Assembly: GCA_038242845.1 (NCBI GenBank)
Contig: JBBSRQ010000008.1
Location: 9,367 to 33,366 of the forward strand
Direction: 5' to 3'
DNA length: 24,000 bases
Origin: Propionibacteriales bacterium
GTDB lineage: Bacteria; Actinomycetota; Actinomycetes; Propionibacteriales; Propionibacteriaceae
Each line of letters opens with the position of its first letter. Within the stretch, counting starts at the first letter, position 1. Positions 16,950 to 24,000 of the stretch are shown in pieces. Under the pieces are notes generated by a model. It saw only the letters and a program-made list of their open reading frames with translations. It made no database searches and was not told the origin of the DNA. Both the position numbers and the translations under genes were made by a program.

Positions 16950-19360
16950 TGTTCCGCGATGCAACATCCGAGATCCGGCTCCATCCGGGACGCTTCATTG
17001 GCACCCTGCTGGCCATCGCCATCAGCGTCGCGTTCATCGCTGCCATCTCGACGCTGGTCAGTACTGAGCAGCAGTCGATGGCCCGCTTCACCCAGCTCCC
17101 CTTCTCGAAGGCCGACGTCGTCGTCGACGGCGAGTTCGACGACCCTGCGGCCGTCACCGAGGCGCTGGGAGGCGTCGACGGCGTGACGGCTGTCGCCACC
17201 GCGAACAAGGTGGTGACCCTACTCACGCACAACGACAAGACGGTGTTCGTCACGTTCGTCCCGGTGCCGCAGGAGGCATTCCAGTGGGCGACGATCGACG
17301 AGGGGCGATGGCCCACCGATGTCTCCGAGATCGCCCTGTCCGCAGACGGTCTCGCCCAGCTGGGGCTGTCTGTGGGGGACTCGGTCCTGGTGGAGGGTGA
17401 TGGCGAGCAGGCCACCATCGTGGGGAAAACCACCGATCCCAAGGCCTGGTTCGGTGTCACCGGTTACGTGGACGGGCCGGCGGAGGACGCCTACGCAGGT
17501 GGCCCCTGGGTGCTGCGCACCGACGGCAACCCCGCCGCACTCCTGCCCGCCATCAGGGACGCGCTGCCCGAGGCGATGCCCGGGGAACCACTTGACGTCA
17601 GCACCGGTGACGACGCCCGCATGGCATTGCTCAACGACCTGACCGGCGACTTCGACGTCTTCCGCACCCTCCTGCTCGGCTTCGCGGGTGTGGCGCTGGC
17701 GGTGGGCGTCCTCACCATCTCCAACACCTTCACCATCCTCGTTGCGCAGCGACGCCGCCAGATCGGCCTGCTGCGTGCCGTGGGGGCCTCGACGGGTCAG
17801 GTGCGTGGCCGACTGTTGTGGGAGGCCGTGCTCCTCGGGCTCATCGGCTCGCTGCTCGGAGTGGGGCTGGGCATCGCGGTGGCGGCGGCGGGGGCCACCA
17901 TCACCGGATCCCTCTACTGGGGACTGGTGCTGCGCCCCGGCGAGCTGCTCGCAGCGCTCGGCGTCGGCGTGCTGGCCACGCTGCTGTCGGTTGTCGGCCC
18001 CTCCTTCACGGCCACCCGGGTGTCGCCCATCGAGGCGCTGCAGGCGGTTCCGTCGGCGGCGCGTGCGAAGCGGTTGTCCATCACCCGTGCCGTGGTCTGT
18101 GCGCTGTTCGGTGTTGCTGGCGTCGGCCTCGTGGTGGTGAGCCGCATGAGCGCCGACTGGGCCCTGCCCTGGGCCATGGGCGCCGGGTTCCTGTTGAGCA
18201 TCGCGATACTGGGCGCCGCGCCGTTCTACATCCCCCCGCTGCTGCGACTGCTGGGCCGGATCTTCGGGTTCACCGGGGCGACGACAAAGTTGGCCGCCAC
18301 CAACGCGGCTCGCAACCCCCAGCGGGCCGCTGCCACGGCGGTCGCACTCATGCTCGCCGTCGGACTGGTGGTGACGCTCCAGGTGGCGGTGTCCACCGTC
18401 CGGACCTCGGGTGTGGAGGCCATCAACGAGAGGTATCCCGTCGACGTCGTCCTCAGCGCGTACGAGGGCGCACTGCCCGAGGACCTGCTCGGAGACGTTC
18501 GCGGCCTCGACGGCGTGTCCGACGCAGTGGAGGTCCTGAGTAAAACGGCCGAGATCAACGGCTACGAATCGTGGTCCATCCGCAACGTCAACCCGGCGCG
18601 CACGCAGCTCGGACTGCCAGACGATCTGGCCGCACCCAATGGGGTGATCATCCTCGGCGACGACGCCTTCCCCGCCTCCCTCGAACTGCCGGGTGTCGCC
18701 GGTCTGGTGACGTTGAAGGTCCAGAAATCCAACAGGCTCGACTGGGGCGCGGCCGCCGTGTCCGAACAGACCTTCGCTCTACTGGCCGGTGAGCCACGGG
18801 TGGCAGAGCTGTGGGTGAAGCTCGTGGACCGCGGCTCGGCCACTGACCTGAACCAGGTGGTGAGCGCAGCCGAGGCAGCACCCGGTGAGATCGGGGTGGA
18901 CGGCCAGGCGTTCGCTGCTGGCCTCTTGGAGCAGGTGCTGGGCGTGGTGCTCATCGTCCTGACGGCACTGCTCGGGGTCGCGGTGGTCATCGCCCTGGTC
19001 GGTGTCGGGAACACGTTGGGGTTGTCGGTGATCGAGCGCCAGCGTGAATCCGCCCTCCTGCGTGCCCTCGGGATGCAGCGCTCCAGCCTCCGGGTGATGC
19101 TGCTGGTGGAGGCGCTCATGCTGGCGTTCGTCGGCACAGTCGTCGGTATCGCCGCAGGAGCGTTCTTCGGGTGGCTGGGGGTCAGTTCCGCCATTTTGAT
19201 GATGCCACCGGAATCGCGGTCGGAGTTGGTGTTCAGCATCGACGGGGGCCTCACGGTGCTTCTGGTGGCCGTCTGCCTCGTTGCGGCCTCTCTGGCATCG
19301 GTGCTGCCGGGACGTCGCGCAGCCAATGCCACACCCACCGAGGCGTTGGCTGTCGAATGA
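16949..19360 (+). CDS. ABC transporter permease with two FtsX-type modules
   Basis: The 803-aa product starts at an ATG overlapping the ATPase stop (TGATG). Two repeats of the FtsX signature (...RRRQIGLLRAVGAS.. and ..RQRESALLRALGMQ..) are each followed by TM clusters and separated by large extracytoplasmic-looking segments. Confidence 0.85.
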   Translation: MFRDATSEIRLHPGRFIGTLLAIAISVAFIAAISTLVSTEQQSMARFTQLPFSKADVVVDGEFDDPAAVTEALGGVDGVTAVATANKVVTLLTHNDKTVFVTFVPVPQEAFQWATIDEGRWPTDVSEIALSADGLAQLGLSVGDSVLVEGDGEQATIVGKTTDPKAWFGVTGYVDGPAEDAYAGGPWVLRTDGNPAALLPAIRDALPEAMPGEPLDVSTGDDARMALLNDLTGDFDVFRTLLLGFAGVALAVGVLTISNTFTILVAQRRRQIGLLRAVGASTGQVRGRLLWEAVLLGLIGSLLGVGLGIAVAAAGATITGSLYWGLVLRPGELLAALGVGVLATLLSVVGPSFTATRVSPIEALQAVPSAARAKRLSITRAVVCALFGVAGVGLVVVSRMSADWALPWAMGAGFLLSIAILGAAPFYIPPLLRLLGRIFGFTGATTKLAATNAARNPQRAAATAVALMLAVGLVVTLQVAVSTVRTSGVEAINERYPVDVVLSAYEGALPEDLLGDVRGLDGVSDAVEVLSKTAEINGYESWSIRNVNPARTQLGLPDDLAAPNGVIILGDDAFPASLELPGVAGLVTLKVQKSNRLDWGAAAVSEQTFALLAGEPRVAELWVKLVDRGSATDLNQVVSAAEAAPGEIGVDGQAFAAGLLEQVLGVVLIVLTALLGVAVVIALVGVGNTLGLSVIERQRESALLRALGMQRSSLRVMLLVEALMLAFVGTVVGIAAGAFFGWLGVSSAILMMPPESRSELVFSIDGGLTVLLVAVCLVAASLASVLPGRRAANATPTEALAVE

Positions 19361-20403
19361 GGATGCTGGTGTCAGTGGTCCTTGCTGTCCTCGGTTCGGC
19401 GATGGTTCTGGTGGCCAGCACGCACCTGTTCCTCCCCTCGGGCAGCATCAATGCGGCATTGTCCACGGTTCCGATGATCGCGCACGGACTGGCGTTTCCC
19501 CTTCCCAGCGGGGTGACGTTGATGGTGATGGGGGCAGCGGCACTGCTGGTGGTTCTTCGTCGGACGCCACTGGGCGACCGAGCGCGGATGCCCCGGGCGG
19601 TCACCGCAACGTCCATCGTCGTATCCGGGCTCCTTCTCGCCCTGTCCACCACTCAGATCGGGCTGCCGACCACGCCGCGGGACGGTGCCATAGAAGGCAA
19701 CGACAGCCTGGTGGTGGTCAGCTGGAATGCCCTGGACCACTTCGATGGCGACTCCGCCAGGGAGATCTTCGGCACGCTCAACGCGGATGTGGCCGTTCTC
19801 CCCGAACTGCAGCAACGCGACGGCGTGAGCGCTGGGGCACCACGCATTGAGGAAGCGTTGGCCCACGGGGGACTCGACCCACGGGACTTCGACATTTTCG
19901 AGTCCCCGCCCACGAGGACCCACATCGCACCGTTGACCGTCATTGTGCGCCGGGCGTTTGTCCCCTACGTCCCCGTCCCCGTGGAGCAGGCCACCTTCGG
20001 GACGGTGCACCTCGTGCCACCGCCCGGTTCGGCGCTGCCGGAAATCCTCGCTGTCCACACAGCCCCGCCGGTGCCCAGGTGGATGGCGGAGTGGACAGCT
20101 GATCTCATGGGTGTCCGCAATGTCGCCCACGGTGCCGGTGCCAACGCCATCATCGTCGGTGACCTGAACGCCACTGTCCGCCACGGCGGGCTGGGCGGGA
20201 TCACCACCCACGCAGACGTCCTCACGAGCATCCCGGCGACCGGGCGGGGCACATGGCCCGCCGCAGTCCCACGGATCCTTCGCGCCAGTATCGACCACGT
20301 ACTCATACCGGTGGGTGCCGCAGCTGTGGCGGAGGCGACGGTGATCGACATCGCCGGATCTGACCACGCTGCGATCGCGACGACGATCTCAATCCAAGGT
20401 TGA
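19357..20403 (+). CDS. Membrane-anchored endonuclease/exonuclease/phosphatase (EEP) family protein
   Basis: ATG 19357 overlaps the permease stop (ATGA); the alternative is ATG 19363. It has about 4 N-terminal TM segments. These are followed by EEP-fold motifs: VVSWNAL, DVAVLPELQ, IIVGDLNAT, SIDHVLIP and GSDHAAI. Confidence 0.75.
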   Translation: MRMLVSVVLAVLGSAMVLVASTHLFLPSGSINAALSTVPMIAHGLAFPLPSGVTLMVMGAAALLVVLRRTPLGDRARMPRAVTATSIVVSGLLLALSTTQIGLPTTPRDGAIEGNDSLVVVSWNALDHFDGDSAREIFGTLNADVAVLPELQQRDGVSAGAPRIEEALAHGGLDPRDFDIFESPPTRTHIAPLTVIVRRAFVPYVPVPVEQATFGTVHLVPPPGSALPEILAVHTAPPVPRWMAEWTADLMGVRNVAHGAGANAIIVGDLNATVRHGGLGGITTHADVLTSIPATGRGTWPAAVPRILRASIDHVLIPVGAAAVAEATVIDIAGSDHAAIATTISIQG

Positions 20404-20474
20404 CGCGGCCATTCCCCGCGGGGCGAGCGCATAGGGGTGCCGGCAGCGACGTTCGGAGGTTCCCACGGGTCCCC

Positions 20475-20486
20475 TACTATGTAGCC
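20475..20486 (+). promoter_or_regulatory. Candidate -10 element for a leaderless transcript
   Basis: TACTAT (20475-20480, TAnnnT) is followed by 6 nt and then GTG 20487. There is no SD in front of GTG 20487. Confidence 0.3.
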
Positions 20487-21383
20487 GTGTCAACGCCCAG
20501 AATCACCGATGCCTCCCTGAAGGCTTTCACGCTGAAACTGGGGGAGAAGCACCCGCCCATCTCCCTCGGCTCGGCGGACCGCACCATCGTCGATGCGGAG
20601 GCAGTCAGGGCAAGGTTCTCCGGAACCATCGATTACCTGGCCCGCGTGGAGTTGGAGGTTGACCGCAACGTCCTGGAGTTGCTGACGCTGCTGCCCAACG
20701 TCAGTGAAGTCGACAAGATCTTCTACCAGGACGTCTGGTACGACCAAGAAATGGCCCACGGGTACCTGCTGGATCAGCTCCAGGTGGATTTGGGCATGGC
20801 GCCCGCGGACCCGTTCATGACCCTCCCGTTGCGCATGAAGCTGTTGGGTGCGTTGGCGCACTGGGAACCCCTCCATGACATCTCCCGGATGCTCTACTAC
20901 CTGACCGGCGCCTCCACGGAGCGCCAGGCCGTGGTGGTCTACAGCATCCTCATCAAGGAACTGAAGCTCATGGGAGAGGATGCGATCGCCGAGACGATCA
21001 TTCACCCCATCAAGCAGCAGGAGCCCGGCCACTACACCTTCTACAAGATGTCGGCCGAGAAGATGATGCAGGACGAGGTGCTCAGGCCGTGGCAGCTGCT
21101 CGTGATCCGGTTGCTGCGCTCAAAGGCGTTCACGCTGGTGGGTGTGGACTACGTGCAGAAGTACCAGCAGGATCTGGGCGGGGTGCTGACGGAGCTGGGG
21201 ATGGACCTGGAGATGGAGGTCTATGCCAAGGAGATCGGCCGGTTGGAGGCCAAGCTGCTGTGCGCCAAGGACAAAGGCATGGACTTCCCGCCGTACTTCT
21301 TGGAATCGCTGCGCGAGTCCGTTGACATGTACCAGGGACAGGGCACCTTCGAGCCGCCCGTCAACAATCGCTTCATGATCTGA
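20487..21383 (+). CDS. Ferritin-like diiron-carboxylate protein, acyl-ACP-desaturase-like (hypothetical)
   Basis: It has two E...ExxH pairs numbered from GTG 20487: E55/E57 with E88-MA-H91, and E145 with E179-PG-H182. WYDQEMAHGYLL resembles the desaturase block WTAEENRHGDLL. Sampled 60-nt lines show about 52-58 percent G+C, clearly lower than the neighbours. The start could instead be TTG 20400. Confidence 0.5.
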   Translation: MSTPRITDASLKAFTLKLGEKHPPISLGSADRTIVDAEAVRARFSGTIDYLARVELEVDRNVLELLTLLPNVSEVDKIFYQDVWYDQEMAHGYLLDQLQVDLGMAPADPFMTLPLRMKLLGALAHWEPLHDISRMLYYLTGASTERQAVVVYSILIKELKLMGEDAIAETIIHPIKQQEPGHYTFYKMSAEKMMQDEVLRPWQLLVIRLLRSKAFTLVGVDYVQKYQQDLGGVLTELGMDLEMEVYAKEIGRLEAKLLCAKDKGMDFPPYFLESLRESVDMYQGQGTFEPPVNNRFMI

Positions 21384-21422
21384 GTTGACCCTCACGTCGC
21401 GTCAGGCCGTAGCGTCGATGAC

Positions 21423-22181
21423 ATGACTGCAACCAACTTCGACGCCACCCACTTTGACACGCTCATCACCCACCCGGACCGCGACGTCCGCCTCCGCGCA
21501 GCCATGGATGCCGGGACTTTCCATGATCGCCACGTCACTGCCATCCTGGTGTCACGCGTCGGCGTGGAGGAGGACTTCCACGTCCGCGAGTACATCACCT
21601 GGGCGCTCGTGCAGCACGGACAGCCGGCGATACCCGCGGTGCTGGAGCTGCTCGCCTCCGACAACCCGCTTGAGCGCAGGCAGGCCGCGCACGTCCTCTC
21701 CAAGGTTGGTGATCCCGCACACATCTCCCAGCTCGTGACGGTGGTGGGCGACGCCCACCCGGACGTGGCCATCAAGGCCTACCGTGCCGCAGCCAACACC
21801 GGCAGCGCCGACGCCGTACCGGCGCTGGTGGCCAGGCTCGGTGACGGCGACGGTGAGCAGCGGGACGCGCTCAGCAACGCCTTCCAACAGCTCGCGGACC
21901 TCGGGGTGGCTGCGCTCGCCTCTGCGCTGGTGGACGCCACACCGCAGGTGCGTCTGCACGCCGCTGAGGCGCTCGGCCAGATCGGGGAGGATGCCCAGCC
22001 AGCCACCTCGGCTCTGGCCCGAGTCGTGGCCGACCCCGATGCCGACGTGGCTCTCGCCGCCGTGATGGCGCTGGGTTCCGTCGGAGGTGACGAGGCGTTC
22101 GCTGCTCTGGAGGACGTCGCAGGGTCGGGCCAGCGTCCGCTCGCTGCGGTGGCGCGTCGACTGGTCAGCGCCTCGGCGTAG
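21423..22181 (+). CDS. HEAT-repeat (PBS-lyase HEAT-like) protein
   Basis: It carries tandem helical repeats with the D/E-x-x-VR-x-x-A signature: HPDRDVRLRAAMDAG, FHVREYITWAL, NPLERRQAAHVLSKVGD, TPQVRLHAAEALGQIG, DADVALAAVMALGSVG. It lies 39 nt downstream of the diiron gene. Confidence 0.8.
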   Translation: MTATNFDATHFDTLITHPDRDVRLRAAMDAGTFHDRHVTAILVSRVGVEEDFHVREYITWALVQHGQPAIPAVLELLASDNPLERRQAAHVLSKVGDPAHISQLVTVVGDAHPDVAIKAYRAAANTGSADAVPALVARLGDGDGEQRDALSNAFQQLADLGVAALASALVDATPQVRLHAAEALGQIGEDAQPATSALARVVADPDADVALAAVMALGSVGGDEAFAALEDVAGSGQRPLAAVARRLVSASA

Positions 22182-23310
22182 TACCGCGGTCACGGAGCCA
22201 CCGGGCGGCAACGTGGCGCAGGCGGTCATCGGAGGACACCCGTGCCTCCTCGATGGCCGCCTGTGCCGCGTGCCCCGGCAGTTGCCCGAGCGCGACGACA
22301 GCCTCGAAACGCACCGTTGCCTCCACATCCTCGATGAGAGGCGCCAGCGCCGGGGCAGCCGACGGGTCACCGATGAGACCCAGCGCCTCGGCTGCTGCGG
22401 CACGCACCCGCGGCTCGACGTCGCGCAGTCGCGGGACCAGGAGTTCCATGGAGCCCGGGCCGGCCTGTTCCAGGGCGTCGACGACGGCATTGTGGACGGC
22501 GTCGTGCCCACTACCGAGTGCACCGACGAGGGCTTGGCGTGCGCACTCCCCGCCGAGGCGACCCAGCACCTGCGCAGCCTTCGCCACCACCGCCGGGGAG
22601 GGATCAGACAGCAGGGGTATGACCATTGGCACCGCGGCGGCATCGCCGACCTTCGACAGGGCATGCGCCGCCTGAGCCCGCACGACGGGATCGGCGTGGC
22701 TGAGCAGCGGCATGAGGGCGTCCAGCGCTGACGCACCGTGGCGTGCGATGGCCCAGGTCAACACTTCGCGCACACCGGGCTCGGGGTCAGCGGCCAGCTG
22801 CTGCACGAGATCCTCCAACGGCACACCCGACGTGGAGCCCAGCGCCGCACGGAACCGCACATGGGGCTCGGGGTGGCGCAGCCGCTCCGCCTGCGCGACC
22901 GCGAAGAGCACCTCCCGCCAGCCGGTCTGCGCGGGTTCCCTCAGCGCGTGCAGCGTCCGCAGAAGGTGCTGTTCGGCGCTGATCCGCTGCTCCACCTCGG
23001 CAATGTGGTCCTCCAACACGTCACGGGCATCGAAATCGTCGGCATCCAACGCTGTGGACACTTCGTCGAGGCTCAACCCCAGCGACTTCAGGTGCTGGAT
23101 CTGCAGGAGGCGCCGCAGGTCGCCGGGGGAGTAGAGGCGGTAGTCGCTGGCGGAGCGCCCGCTGGGTACCAACAGGCCACGTTCATCCCAGTGGTGCAGC
23201 GTGCGCACCGACAAACCGGCGTGCCGTGCCACCTCGCCGACGGTCAACCACGGGTCATCGACGGAGTACGGATCCGGAATCCCGCCCTGGTGTGTTCCTG
23301 ATGACCGCAT
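22165..23310 (-). CDS. MerR-family transcriptional regulator fused to a C-terminal HEAT-repeat domain
   Basis: The N-terminal MerR helix-turn-helix reads LTVGEVARHAGLSVRTLHHWDERGLLVPSGRSASDYRLYSPGDLRRLLQIQHLKSLGLSLDEV, followed by a coiled-coil and about 260 aa of HEAT repeats. ATG 23310 was chosen because TACGGT lies 6 nt upstream on the minus strand, giving a leaderless geometry. ATG 23343 is the alternative. Confidence 0.85.
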   Translation of the reverse strand: MRSSGTHQGGIPDPYSVDDPWLTVGEVARHAGLSVRTLHHWDERGLLVPSGRSASDYRLYSPGDLRRLLQIQHLKSLGLSLDEVSTALDADDFDARDVLEDHIAEVEQRISAEQHLLRTLHALREPAQTGWREVLFAVAQAERLRHPEPHVRFRAALGSTSGVPLEDLVQQLAADPEPGVREVLTWAIARHGASALDALMPLLSHADPVVRAQAAHALSKVGDAAAVPMVIPLLSDPSPAVVAKAAQVLGRLGGECARQALVGALGSGHDAVHNAVVDALEQAGPGSMELLVPRLRDVEPRVRAAAAEALGLIGDPSAAPALAPLIEDVEATVRFEAVVALGQLPGHAAQAAIEEARVSSDDRLRHVAARWLRDRGTTPRR

Positions 23311-23431
23311 TGCGCAACCGTAGCCGCGATGTTGTAGGCTCATCGGGCTGCCTGGCGAGGGACCATGACGTGTCCGTAATCGACAAGCCCTCTCTTGCCG
23401 GCGCGCCCGTGAACGACATCCAGGAGAGACA

Positions 23432-24000
23432 GTGGCTGATTTCAAGCTGACAGCAACCCCCCGCAACGAGTTCGGCAAGGGCGCCTCGCGTCGCCTCCGC
23501 CGCGCCGACAAGATCCCCGCGGTCCTCTACGGCCACGGCACCGACCCCGTGCACATCTCCCTGCCGGGCAAGGAGACCTTCCTTCTGCTCCGCCAGTCCA
23601 ACGTGCTGCTGACCATCACCATCGAGGGCGACAGCAAGTCGGTCACCGCACTGCCCAAGCAGGTCCAGCGCGACCCCATCACCTCCTTCCTCGAGCACAT
23701 CGACCTGCTCATCGTGAGGAAGGGCGAGAAGGTCAGCGTCGAGGTGCCCCTGACCGTCGTCGGTGAGGCCGAGCGCGGCGCACTCGTCAACGTCGACCTC
23801 ACCTCCCTGCTCGTCCTGGCCCCGGCCACGAGCATCCCCAACGAGATCGAGGTCTCCATCGAGGGCCTCGTCGTCGGCGACCAGATCCTCGCAGGCGACG
23901 TGAAGCTCCCCGACGGCGTCGTGTACGAGCACGATCCCGAGGCCATGGTGCTGAACGTTGCGCCCATGCCCACCGCAGAGCCCGAGTCCACCGTCGTCGC
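23432..24000 (+). CDS. rplY: 50S ribosomal protein L25 / general stress protein Ctc (5' partial, runs off the window)
   Basis: This gene is not in the supplied ORF track. SD aggagag (23422-23428) precedes GTG 23432. The open frame reads VADFKLTATPRNEFGKGASRRLRRADKIPAVLYGHG...QRDPITSFLEHIDLL... to the window end, typical of long-form L25/Ctc. Confidence 0.9.
   Translation, partial: MADFKLTATPRNEFGKGASRRLRRADKIPAVLYGHGTDPVHISLPGKETFLLLRQSNVLLTITIEGDSKSVTALPKQVQRDPITSFLEHIDLLIVRKGEKVSVEVPLTVVGEAERGALVNVDLTSLLVLAPATSIPNEIEVSIEGLVVGDQILAGDVKLPDGVVYEHDPEAMVLNVAPMPTAEPESTVV

Noticed and set aside
21552-22736. 394-aa minus ORF spanning the HEAT gene and part of the MerR-HEAT gene
   Set aside because: The frame is Arg/Cys/Pro/Trp-rich nonsense. 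The HEAT-repeat frames on the plus strand (21423..22181) and minus strand (22165..23310) explain the region.
1-24000. CRISPR arrays, tRNA/rRNA genes, prophage or recognised defence-system genes
   Set aside because: I saw no repeat-spacer periodicity and no tRNA-like T-arm or acceptor patterns. I also saw no integrase, recombinase, restriction, helicase or nuclease signatures other than the EEP-fold protein. The only mobile-element trace is the IS110-like relic.

Overview
GC-rich actinobacterial-type chromosomal window (G+C judged by eye, not computed). No rRNA, tRNA or CRISPR was seen. It has three parts.

(1) 0.6-4.4 kb holds an intact SDR epimerase gene and a translationally coupled metal ABC importer (lipoprotein SBP, ATPase, permease).

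(2) 4.4-10.5 kb is a dense patch of decayed genes:
- an IS110-like transposase remnant
- two frameshifted FAD/pyridine-nucleotide-disulfide oxidoreductases
- a frameshifted CDP-alcohol phosphatidyltransferase
- a frameshifted TVP38/DedA-like protein
- a truncated and frameshifted ECF sigma factor
- a small membrane protein with a frameshift plus an in-frame TAG

Two apparently intact genes are embedded in this patch: a type II HAD hydrolase and an RsrA-like zinc anti-sigma factor.

(3) 10.9-24 kb holds intact housekeeping genes. These are udp, a RIC di-iron repair protein, glmU-prs-ldh, a MacB/FtsX-type ABC pair coupled to a membrane-anchored EEP-fold enzyme, and the 5' part of rplY.

Between prs and rplY sits the most unusual module. 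It is an acyl-ACP-desaturase-like diiron protein followed by a HEAT-repeat protein. These converge, with a 17-bp tail overlap, on a MerR regulator whose C-terminal domain is a collinear paralogue of that HEAT protein.

All functional calls rest on motif recognition by eye. No database search was run.
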